Assembly (NCBI GenBank): GCA_020891255.1
Contig: BQFW01000002.1
Coordinates: forward strand, 1,116,001-1,180,000
Direction of reading: 5' to 3'
Origin: Entomortierella parvispora E1425
Taxonomy: Eukaryota > Fungi > Mortierellomycota
DNA length: 64,000 nucleotides
Numbering within the stretch: the stretch's first letter is position 1; every line of letters begins with the position of its first letter. The notes beneath the pieces were generated by a model. The model saw nothing but the letters and a program-made list of their open reading frames with translations. It did no database searches and was not told where the DNA came from. A program made the position numbers and the translations under genes. Shown here piece by piece: positions 34,291 through 45,342 of the stretch.

Positions 34291-36618
34291 ATGGCCACTG
34301 CCTCCCCCTCCCCTTCCTCCTTTACCACCACCGCATCCCACCTTCAATTGCTCCTCCAGCAACATCACGCCCTGCAGAAGCAAGAGCAGGAGGCACAAGA
34401 TAGGCTCCAGAACGAAAAGCTTCTCCGAGAACAGGAACAATTGCAAAAGCGACTAGATAATGGTCCTTCCTCCACAGCATCATCTTCTACGACCACTTCG
34501 TCCTCGACCCTGGCTGCAGACGCACAGTCCGTGGCCGCTTACATGAGCGCTTTCCTCAATGTCTCTACAGCCACCAGCAACAGAACCAACACCCTGAAGG
34601 CCTCTTTGGAGGCTATGACCATTGACCCCTCTCAAACCTCGCTCTCGTCCTTGACGACCCCCAACTCCGACAGACATCCCTCGGCAATGGGCACGATTGC
34701 TCCCTCCTCCACGATGCTTAAACCCACAGCGACCACGACCTCATCCTCCTCAAAATTGCCTCAAACTTCCTCTTCTTCTAAATCGCTCAAGGTTACCATG
34801 AAATCGCACAGCAAAAAAGTACCCGTGGCCACCTCGTCGCCCTTGCCCTCGACAGGCGCCAGCTCGGGGCCAGTGTCCGAGACACTGACGCTCCACCGGC
34901 AAGAGTGCTACAATTGTGGGGTGACAAAGACTCCGCTGTGGAGACGAACCGCCGATAGATTGCATTCGCTCTGCAACGCCTGTGGATTGTACTATAAGCA
35001 GTACAAGGCCAATCGGCCATTGGTCGCCCGACCGACCAGCAAGGACACCACGGTGTCGACGATCGCAGTGGATAATGGCCACAGCAGCACGGTATTGGAT
35101 CCGCCACATTTGATTAAGAGGCGAAAGGTGATGGAGGGCGACGGATCTGTTGGGTCGGTTTCGGTCAAGGTTGAACCCTCCGAAAAAAGCAGCACAGGCG
35201 CTGACCAACAGCAGCAACGGGATGAATCGTCATCTTGCTCACTACCCCTCAAGGCCCTCCTTCCACAGCCATCTGCCCTGCAGGATCAGAGGGGGGAGAC
35301 GGCGGTGGCACCCCGCGCCTGGAGCGAGAACGACGATGATCGTGATCACGAGAGCGGTAGTGATAGTGACAGCGACTACGAGACCGCATCCTCTCGGGGT
35401 CGACGTGGCGTGTCGGAAGAAAATTCCGATGGCGACTCTGATGAAGAAGAGGAGAGGGCAGAGCCAGAGTCGCGACAGAGCTCATCCGAGACTGACGAAC
35501 AAAGGCGAGAGGTCTCTGTGGACAGTCCTTCTCATCCGAGTGATTCTCATAGCAAGGGCAATACAGGCTCTGGAACAGCTGCAGGTGGCATCGAATGTGC
35601 CAACTGTGGGCAGACCGAGACGCCTCTTTGGCGCAAAGATGCCAAGGGTCAATCCATCTGCAACGCGTGTGGGTTGTACTCGCGTCTGCATCAGCGGGAC
35701 CGACCGGTGACGATGCGCAAATCCAAGATTGCAAGGCGCAAACGGGATTGGGGGGCGGCACAGGAGAAGCTGGCGGCGAGTCAAGAGTCAAGTGTTGCCA
35801 GTGCATCGGCGACAACAGCAGCAACAACTACTACACCGGGAGCTTCCACCGAGAGTAACAAGAACAAGAAGAAAAAGCATGTGCCTACGCCCTCCAAGGG
35901 ACAGGCGGAAAAGACTGTCACCCGCGGTGCTGATGCCGAGGAGGATGCTGAAAGTCTGGCAATTCCGATGCCAACCCCGATCGAGATGCGTTCCATGAAT
36001 ATCCCTGTCCACTCTGAGGCTGATACAGATGAACTTGAACTGTGTTTGATGCCAGAAGACGATGAAGACACCGGAGCAGTAAGTAAACAAGAAAAAAAAG
36101 AGACTACCTATGCTTTTTGCCACATTTGAACGCGCGCCTCGGATATGAAAAAAAAAAAAACGCCATGGCGCCTTCAAGCTTCTCACGCGTTCACTTTCTT
36201 CCTTTTCTCATAGCACATCCCCACGCCCATCTCAAACGCATCCATGTCGCCCAACATGTCCGATTCCTTGTCTACCATGGCCCTCAACAGCGGCCCGCTC
36301 TCTCCTTCTTTGACGGCCTCGCCGCCCACCCCAGCCCTGCCCTCGCCTTTCTTGAACCTGAACCTGAACCCGCTTCTGATGCAGCAATACCAACAGCATT
36401 TGCAGAATCAGATCGCTCAAGGTTTGTCAGCACCCACGTCCTCTGCCGCAACTGCTATCCCAGGGTCAGCGGCGATGGAGGGATTGCTCCACTCCAATCC
36501 ATGGTTGAACTCGATGTACAGTGGTGGCCATTACCCTGGGTTGGCATCTTTGAATAATGTTTCGACGATGCCACACGATCCAATGCTGCTGGCAAGACTT
36601 CAACAAATTCAACAACAA

Positions 36619-36666
<48 letters not shown>

Positions 36667-37284
36667 CAACAACAACAGCAACAACTACAACAGCAGCAGC
36701 AGCAGCGACACGTTAATCCAAGCTCACCAACCTCCCCGATGGATATGGGGCACCATGGCCCTGCTTTTGTTGGGCCATCCAGACTGAACCCTATTTTGAC
36801 TAGTCCCCAGGCCTTGCAAAACCTCCATCAGCAAAAGCAACAGCAAGAGCAGCAACAACAGCAACAACGGCAGCAATCGTGCCATCAGCAGTCCATGCCA
36901 GATGCCAACAAAAAAGGACCCCAAAGTGCTTTGATCCTCGATAGCACTCGCTTCACACAACTGATGAACAAGATGAGTAAACCTCAGCTTTCCATGTTCT
37001 TGACCATCTTGGAAGAGCGCTGCGGGGCTCTGCGCCATCGACTCTCGGGTGAAGACGATGAGGTCGAAAGGGTGGACACGAACGAGATGATGATGATGTT
37101 GAACCATCCTCATTTTGCATCCATGGACACTGGCCCTGGGGGTTACTACCACCCATCTTCCTCTTCGTCCTCTTCTTCTTCTTCCACCTCCGCTTCCTCG
37201 TCCATGGCCGAAGGAAACCCAACCCAGATCGAATCTGGACATTTGCGCACTCTGAGTGATCCGTCGACCGATTTCATGTTGTAG
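34291..37284 (+). CDS. GATA transcription factor with two zinc fingers and a poly-Q tract
   Basis: CYNC-x18-CNAC and CANC-x17-CNAC with TPLWR motifs; intron 36080-36213 joins the two long ORFs in frame. Confidence 0.92.
36604..36706 (+). repeat. CAG/CAA poly-glutamine repeat
   Basis: Long run of CAG/CAA codons within the GATA factor CDS. Confidence 0.95.
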
Positions 37285-37428
37285 TATTATGTCCAATCCC
37301 TTCCATACCATTGCTTTGTACAAATTTTCAATGTATAGTAAATAAATAAAATCCGAATCTGAACAATACTTGGCGAACAAACTGTTATTAGGCGAGTACA
37401 GCTATGGAGTTTAGGCCTGCTATGGAGT

Positions 37429-39791
37429 TTAGGCCACTTCAAAGATGGGCGATGAAAAGCCCTTTCCCTCAAAGAAGGGATAGAGTGATAGACGTTGGAA
37501 TGGGGTTGACTGCTTGTCATAGTAATATCCTTCTACACAACCATCCGACCGGCGCATCGAAACATAGTAAAATCCTGCAATCGTCAGTCCCGCAGTGTGT
37601 TCACTCACGTTGACAAAGTTTTTCTCTATGAAAGTCCATGGGCGGAGGACGTGTGTAAATAAAGGTGCAAGAGAAGGATGTGAGCAACTTGTCAAGAGAG
37701 AGCAAGAAACAAAGCAGTAGTAGCCCCAACGCGTCTGCTGCCTACCTTTCCATCGCATGAAAATGTATTTTTGATTGATGTGGCCAACAAACTTTCCAGT
37801 CTTCGCGCCTTTGATAATGACCTTTTCGTCCACTCCCTGAAAGACCTCCAAGCGCTTCCAGTGTTCCAAATCCGTCTTTGAGCGTGCTGCCCATTTCTTG
37901 GTCCAAAGAGTGTAGTTCTCAAAGTCCACAATCTAAAAGTTGCGAATATGGTGAATATTTCTGGAGATGAATGATTTTCAAAAATATAAACAAAACAGAA
38001 ATTCAAACTCTTTTTACCTCGCCTTCCCAGAATGTCACCACTTTAGATGCGGACATGGGAACGTCCAGCGCTTCCATCAGGCCACAGACAGTTCCTGACT
38101 CATGGTCCACCTCGCTAATTGTCTAAAGAGTGGATCAAATAACAGGTTAACACGTCGTGATAAAAGATGGAAACAATAAGTAGGAATGCGAATGGTTGAG
38201 ATCGTACCACTTTGACTTCCCACTCTTCCGTTTCGCTTAGCCGAGGCCCTACCAGGCTAGGGCACTGGATTTTCAAACTCTGTGAGCCAGTAAAAGTTTG
38301 GCCCGGCTGCAAAAAACAACAGGGACGACGAGGATGATTCCGCCTGGGTGGTCGACTTTCGTATGAGGGAGACATTAATGGATCTCCATGGTCTCTGCTT
38401 TGAAAAGAATTCCTTGGAACGAAAATTGAGGTCACAAAGGATGGTAAAGAGGTGATTGTGGTCGAGATGATGCGGCGTCGAGGATGGTGACGATGATTGT
38501 GCTGTTGTTGGGGCGGATGTTGTTCGGCTGTTATCATGAAAGTTTCTGACTGGTCGACTTTTGACTGAGGCAGTTGATTCTGAGCGCTGCTGGATCCTTC
38601 GCCTGTATCAAAGTCGTTAAAGGCAGGAGGAATCGGCTGTCCGTTCCTGTCCCATTCTTCTTCCTGTGGTTTGAAAGCGTTTGTTGGTGGATCAATAGTG
38701 GGTGAAGCCATTCTGGAAGAGCTCTCTGAAGTCACTGGCGATGAGGCTAAAGACGATAATGAGGACGAAGATAGATGCTGCTGATGCCTTATTGGAGGAC
38801 CCCAGTTGAATGGGAGATTACTCCTCGAGGAGCCTGTAAACGCATGGCGAGGTGATAGAGAGTGTGGGTGGGCCAATGCATGTCGACGTTCGGTTATACG
38901 ACTCGAGCTAGATGGAACTGGCGACGTTGGCGATCCTTGCAGTCGACCGCTGGCTCGAGCGCTAATCACAGAATACTGAGTGTCGCCTGCCACGCTGTCC
39001 AAGGCCGGGCGATTGTCCTCTGCGTGCCGCACCGGCCTTCGTGTGCTGGTGTCAGAAGAGCGGGCGTCCTGTCTAGGTGCTGACTCTGCGGCAAGAGGCA
39101 GTGCTGGCGACTCTCTACTGAATCGAACCGTCCTCTCCGATACTCCAGATCGGTAAGGATGGTGCTGGGAGTAGGGAGGCTGAAGATAGGCATGACTATG
39201 CCGATGGGGTCGATCATCTGTTGTGGTGGATGACTGCGAATCCATGGCGGTGTCGTGAAGGGTGCGGTCTGCAGACAAGGAGGTCCCGCCTCCTACGTCC
39301 TCAGTGGCATTATCTTCACTATTGGCACTCATTGTTGGCAAGCCTGTAAAGATGATTGGCGTTGAACTCGGACTTAGGACTAGAATATCCTCTACCCGCC
39401 CAAGATCGACATGGGTGTTTCGACCGCCTTGACTACGGCCTGTGGCTCCTTCTGATAGATCAGTATCAAAGCCATGTTCCTCCTCGTCATCATCATCATC
39501 GGCATCGCCCTCGACACCTTCGCTGTAGTCAGCAAGTTGCCAATGAGCAGCCATGTCCCAGCGTCCCGAAAGAGGAGTCTCATAGTCTGAGTAATTCTCG
39601 TGGCTGTTGTTGCTTGGGAGGTTGGTCAGATTCAAGCCTTGTTGCAGCTCCAGTTCTGAGAGGGTGGAAAAATCTGACGATGCGTCTGCGTCCGAGTCCC
39701 TTGGGTCGCTTGAGTGGACGTGGATATGAAGGACGGCTTGGGTCGAATGCCCACCCGGCTCTTCAGGAAGTCTGCGTCGTGGAGACGACAT
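37429..39791 (-). CDS. GID4/Vid24-domain N-degron receptor with a long disordered N-terminus
   Basis: FLQPGQTFTGSQ, EEWEVKV, DFENYTLWTKKW, DLEHWK, IFMRWK, GLTIAGFYYV, IEG-like CVEGYYYD..STPFQRL match the Vid24/GID4 domain; several introns. Confidence 0.88.
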
Positions 39792-40604
39792 CCTACAGGA
39801 GGTGCGCTAGCAAAAGAAGTAAAGAGTCTTTGTCCTCCTATCCTGCTCAGAGTGAATGCACACTGGAGGGCTTGGAAGGGGGCAAAACAGGGCAGGGCGA
39901 GGCAGGGCAGGACACTGCAGGACAGGTGTGGAGGAGTGGACAAGTCTTCCTTGTCTTTGTCAAGGCTGGCAGGATAGAAAGGAGAAAAGAACAAAGGGAA
40001 GGGGTCGGAGGATGAAAACTACGAGAGTGCAGGCAGGGGGTTGCGACCGAGTGGAATGGACGACGGACAGGGTGGCAGTCAAGAAGGGGACAAAAGGATG
40101 AAGAATGAGATAGAGACCAGATGCATTCACAGGACAGGATGGGATGGAGAGAAGGAAAGAAGGGGCGGAGAAGGCTGAGGAGGAAAGAAGCCAAGAATGG
40201 GCAGCATTGAATGCATGCAAGTGCACGCATGCACTTTTTTTTTTTTTTTTCTTTTTTCTTTCTTTCTTCTTTGGGTGTCCCCTTCTGCCACGTGACTTGA
40301 CCAACAGGAGTGCCAGACAGAGCAGAACAGACAGAACAGACAGAACAGACAGAACAGAACAGACCGCCCTTCCGGCATGCATGGCATGAACAAGAGCCAA
40401 AGAGACACGATCCAACGGCGGCAGGGGGGAAGGGGACGAGAACAAGAAAGAGAGAAAAAGAGAGAGAGAGAGAGAGAGAAACATGCAAGCAACCAGACAT
40501 GGACACAGACAGACAGGGTTCCTCTCGTATAATTGAATATAGGTATAAATTGGTTCCACAGCAATAAAGCAATAAATTGCCTGCCTGCCCTGGCGCAGGG
40601 GTTC

Positions 40605-40915
40605 ATTCATTCATTCATTCATTCATCACCATATTGTCTCTTTTCTCCTTTCCTCCTTCTCTTTCTCTCTTTCTCTCTCTCTCTCTCTTTCTCTTTTTCT
40701 TTCTTTCTTCAAGTTCCTCCTCTTTTCTTCTTCTTCTTCTTCTTCTTCTTCTTCTTCTTCTTCTTCTTCCTCCTCCTTCTCCTCTGTTGCCTCCGCCTCT
40801 CTTGGAGTGCTCTCTTTCTCTTTTTCTCTCCTCCTCTCTTTCTCTTTTTCTCTCCTCCTCTCTTTCTCTTTTTCTCTCCTCCTCTCCTTCTCTTTTTCTC
40901 TCCTCCTCTCTTTTT
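40605..40915 (+). repeat. Pyrimidine-rich simple-repeat block: (ATTC)n, (CT)n, (CTT)n and four ~24-bp tandem units
   Basis: Directly visible; unit approximately CTCTTTCTCTTTTTCTCTCCTCCT repeated about 4 times at ~40810-40910. Confidence 0.9.
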
Positions 40916-42215
40916 TAGCCGGCATTCATCTCCTTCATTCACCTCCATCACTCGACGATCTTTCTGCTCTCCATCTCTCACATTCTCTCATCTTCTTCAG
41001 TCTCTTGGCACTCCTTCCCCGCACAGAGCATTCTCAACAGCGAGGTCGGACCTTTCCTTCCGCCTCGTCCTCGGATCAGTCTCTCGCCCTTCCTTCTCGG
41101 TCTGTCCTTTTGGTAAGATCCCTCGGACCATACATCGCGTACCTGCAGCTTGCCCGTCCTTTTTTTTCATACATCGATCAGACCATGGTAAACTTTGGCT
41201 CTGTCTGCACCCTGTCTGTCTGTTGTTTCTTCAGAGCAGCCTGCCGAGAGCCAAGAGACGATGATCTCTTTCCGTCTTCCTATTCCCTTTTTGTCCATGT
41301 TCATTCTTGACCACAACACACCTGCCTTCATCTTCTACACCTTTTCTCCTCTCCCCCTTTGCGCGTTTCGGATCCAGACCGAATGACCGCATGCTCCGCT
41401 TCATACTCTGTCCCCTTTTGCTCTGCTGCGTGAGTTGTCCGTCGTTCCTCCCCTCCCCCCCCCCCCCCCCTCTCTCTCTCCCCCCCCCCCCCCTACTTTT
41501 CCTCCACGCGAAATTACTTTTCCTCGCCATCGCCAATATTGAAATGAAATTTCTGGTTTGGTCACAAACCCGATATCCAACTTCCCCTAGTCCTTTTGGG
41601 TCTGTTCGCCCTTCGGCGTCCATCGTAATTACAATTTGTAAATTGCTGCCCGCTTGCACCTGCTCCACTTGCTCCTCCTGTCTTCCCTCCTGCCCTGTTT
41701 GCCCTGCCCCTCGATGACGGTGTTGTCCACACCAGACTGCATCTGAATCAGGAATAGGGTTGAGAAGAAAACAATGGGCCGCTGCCTGCCACTAATCTCT
41801 CCACACCGGTCCATGGCAGTTGGGTGTTCTTGTGTCGAGCAAAAGCGATATTCTATTCTCGGCCGCTTAGCAACGGCAGAGAGGATGTCCCTCCTTTTTT
41901 TTGTCAACTGTTTGAGGATCAACAATCTGACACGCTGGGCTGGACAGTTGAAGTGTATCCTTGGTTGAGACACACTTCTTGCGAACAATCGCTTTCTGGT
42001 CTAGCCATACTGACATGCTCAAGAACTCGTGGACTTTTTTTGCTCGCTCCAATCCACCCTCTCTCTTCTTCAACCCCTCTCGTCTTTTCTTCTTGGCACC
42101 TTGTCCAATCCTTACCTAACTCAACAAAACAAAAAGTGCGCTGCAAGCTGACCAATAATTCTCCGTCATCCTAACAGACAGTAACTCTCCTGAGTTGGAT
42201 CGATTGGCCACCGAT

Positions 42216-44849
42216 ATGCCTTCCACCGTGACCTCCTCACCAGCGGAGCCTCTCTTGTCTTCATCCCCTTCTCAATTATCACAATCGCAGCCAATGTTAC
42301 CCTCTCCAGCGACCTCGGACTCCACTTCGACCTCGATCCTTGGTCCACTACCAACATTGGGCATGCGTCCGACTTCGCACTCGTTCTCGCTTCAACGGCC
42401 ACTCTTGGCTGAGGATGTGAAGAGGACCAGAAATTCAAAAAGACTCTCCCTTTTGGTGCCTCCCTCACCAGGAAAAATCGAGACTCTGGCCACCATTGCC
42501 GCCGCTGCCAACTCTCCCTCCTTTCCCCAGCCAGCTACGCCCTCCTTCACATCAGCAATGCCTTCTATTCCCAGCCGACGTCGTACAATGGCCATCTCGG
42601 CCCCGATATCGTTGCCTGCAGCCTCATCAGAGAATACCACAAGGAGACAGAGTCAGTTGTGGCTGGATCAAGCACTCCCCTCGCCACGGATACCCCTTTC
42701 TTCCAGCACTTCAGAGTTTCAACAGCAGCAACGACGTCGACCCATTTCTGCGTACTTTGCAGATTTTAGTGTGGAATGTGGAGCAGCTTCTCCCTACACT
42801 ACTCAGCCAGTTTCTGTTTTGCCTCACCTTTATTTGGGAGCTGAGCACAATGCCATGGACACAACTGTACTCGGACAGCTCGGGATCACAGGAGTGTTGA
42901 ATGTGGCGGTCGAGATCGCACAGGAATCAGCAGCAACAGGGTCGACACTGTCGGTCAAAGAGATTCCAAGCGACTCTAGGCGAAAAGATACCAGCGGCGA
43001 CAACCCTTGTCACTGGAAGCAAGGAATTCAGTACAAGAGCTTGGCCTGGTCGCATCACCAGCGGAATTTGCTTGAGGAATTCCCTGAGGCCTTTGAGTTT
43101 ATTGATCGGATCCGGACGGAAGGAGGAAAGGTTCTGGTTCATTGCCAGCTAGGCGTCTCGCGTTCAGCGTCATTAGTGATCGCCTATGTGATGCAGTCCC
43201 GGAACATGGGTTTGAATGAGGCGTACGATTTTGTCAAGGCGCGTTCGGCAGTCATCTCGCCCAACATGGGTCTGATGTACCAATTAGCAGAATTTGAAAA
43301 GGCTCAAAAGTCATCAGAGTCAGGAACAGTTTCAGGAGCAAGACGAGATGGGAAGAATGGAGACCAGGACGCAAACACGGACGAAGAAGCGTACCCTTAT
43401 CCAACTGATATGGACACCGATTCAAGCTATGACCAACAGCAAAGTTTGGCTAGAATGGCAGATACACACGCGGTAGACATGGTTCCGCCAACTCCTGTAG
43501 CCACGACGTTCTCTCTATCATCGACCACACTTCACCCTTTGGCTATGTCTTCAAACGGACCGACCCGTGTAGCGACGCGCCCTCGCTCTTCTCTTTCACG
43601 ATCCATTCTGGTACCAGTGCCTCAGGACATACTCAAGTCCTCCGCAAAGGACGAGTCGTTGTCTGTATCAACTACAGGACTCGCCTCAGAACTGACCCTG
43701 GACTCGCCAATGAATGAGTCGCCGACTACACTCTCTCCTCCAGCACCTCTCTTCTTTTCAGAGGGTGTCTCGAGCCTTTCACCGTCCAACTCGCCATCGT
43801 CGACTTGCTCGCTCTCTTCGTTCACCACGTCGAATTATTCCCGACCCTCTTCGACTTCTTCTATAGCATCCGTCATGACTGTTCCAACAGCCTGTGGAGG
43901 ATCAGGGCCAGGATCAGGAGGAGCATCTGCAGCAGGGGTACCAACCAAGAATGTGACCAAACTCATAGTGATCAGTCCCATGGTCGGCAAGCTGTATCCA
44001 ACGACCCAACCTCCAGAGCAAGGGATGGCGATAGCTGCAAACCAAGGAAGTGTAGTGACTCCACTACCTTTGACTGCAACAGAGGCACCATCGGCAATAG
44101 CAGCGCCACAGCCCTTGCGCTCTCACCGACCGTCCCTTCCTGAAATGGTGTCTCCTCAAGCTCAAGCAAAGAGAATGTCATTGCATCGAGCTCACACATC
44201 CACGGTGCCCACGACTCTGACATCAGGACCACATCAGCGCCCGCTCCCTCAGCATCCTCAACAACTGCAACAACTGCAACAAAATACCCATGCATTACCT
44301 TCGTTGTCAGCATCCCCACCAACCCTGCCACCCACGCGTTCACATACCCTGGCCACGGTTTTAACTCGACCTTGGTCAAGTTTTCATAACACTCATCTTT
44401 CACAGCAAGACTCCCTTCAGACTCAACCAGCCCTACAACACTATCCACTTCACGCGCGGCAGTCCTCCAGCAACTCGACGATGATGGCCTCTCACGTTAT
44501 GAACCATACCCAGGACAGTGCCGCTGGTGTAGGAGGGACGCTTTTAGTCCCTTCCGCCAGTAGTCCCACACGTCTTCCTCAGCCTTCTCCGTTTGGATCT
44601 AGTCGCATCAGAGCCGTTACTGTGGACGGGAGCGAAAGTTTTGGCGGGATGGGGGATACCGCCCTGCGAGGCAGTTACTCCGCGGAGCAAGATCCCTCAG
44701 AGTCCATTTTCTCGCCACGACCCTTCTCCCCGCCTCCACCCTCGCTTTTGGCCGCGGCAGCGACGACGACGGTCGATCAGGTGTCTGCGCTTACGAACCG
44801 GAACCGGTCCTTTGCAGGATTTTATCAATCGTTGAGGATGGAGGGATGA
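42216..44849 (+). CDS. Dual-specificity (MAPK-type) protein phosphatase
   Basis: PVSVLPHLYLGAE, GITGVLNVA, VLVHCQLGVSRSASLVIAY (HCx5R), ARSAVISPNMGLMYQL. Confidence 0.93.
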   Translation: MPSTVTSSPAEPLLSSSPSQLSQSQPMLPSPATSDSTSTSILGPLPTLGMRPTSHSFSLQRPLLAEDVKRTRNSKRLSLLVPPSPGKIETLATIAAAANSPSFPQPATPSFTSAMPSIPSRRRTMAISAPISLPAASSENTTRRQSQLWLDQALPSPRIPLSSSTSEFQQQQRRRPISAYFADFSVECGAASPYTTQPVSVLPHLYLGAEHNAMDTTVLGQLGITGVLNVAVEIAQESAATGSTLSVKEIPSDSRRKDTSGDNPCHWKQGIQYKSLAWSHHQRNLLEEFPEAFEFIDRIRTEGGKVLVHCQLGVSRSASLVIAYVMQSRNMGLNEAYDFVKARSAVISPNMGLMYQLAEFEKAQKSSESGTVSGARRDGKNGDQDANTDEEAYPYPTDMDTDSSYDQQQSLARMADTHAVDMVPPTPVATTFSLSSTTLHPLAMSSNGPTRVATRPRSSLSRSILVPVPQDILKSSAKDESLSVSTTGLASELTLDSPMNESPTTLSPPAPLFFSEGVSSLSPSNSPSSTCSLSSFTTSNYSRPSSTSSIASVMTVPTACGGSGPGSGGASAAGVPTKNVTKLIVISPMVGKLYPTTQPPEQGMAIAANQGSVVTPLPLTATEAPSAIAAPQPLRSHRPSLPEMVSPQAQAKRMSLHRAHTSTVPTTLTSGPHQRPLPQHPQQLQQLQQNTHALPSLSASPPTLPPTRSHTLATVLTRPWSSFHNTHLSQQDSLQTQPALQHYPLHARQSSSNSTMMASHVMNHTQDSAAGVGGTLLVPSASSPTRLPQPSPFGSSRIRAVTVDGSESFGGMGDTALRGSYSAEQDPSESIFSPRPFSPPPPSLLAAAATTTVDQVSALTNRNRSFAGFYQSLRMEG

Positions 44850-45342
44850 AATTGTGTGGTTTTTTTTTGGTGTGTTTTCCCCTCCCAATGTACATAGTTA
44901 TTTTTTTTAACGTCTTTTTTTTTTTTCCATGTTGCTTTCTTCAATGAAAATCTTGTATTGCATGCCCACTTTTGTTTTGGCGTCTTGTACTTTTTTTTGT
45001 TTTGTTTTGTTTGGAGGATGCTTATGTAAACGAGATCGGGATGTTTATGTTGTACAAGCTTGCCAGAAAGAGAGAAAAAAAAAAAAGAAGAATTGGGCCA
45101 CTAAATCGAAATGAGATTGGAGAGACGAAAGAAAAATGAAGCGGTATAATAATGTAGGAGAGCTGAGGAGCTTTTCTTTTAGAAAACAATAAAAAGAAAA
45201 AAACGACCGAAGGTGGACTATGTACAAAAGTGGTTGTGTGTTTTCGTTTCTGAGATGAAAAAAGCTAGCTATTGATTGTCTAATATTGAAGAGAAGAGAG
45301 GAAAGAGAAGGGCAGGAAGGAAGGAAAAGGAGAAATTGATGT

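Noticed and set aside
34291-37284. SreA/Urbs1 iron-regulator assignment for the GATA factor
   Set aside because: The Cys-rich segment between the fingers is absent.
40127-41310. Several 80-240 aa ORFs rich in F/L/S/E/K
   Set aside because: They are translations of CT/CTT microsatellites with no domain signal.
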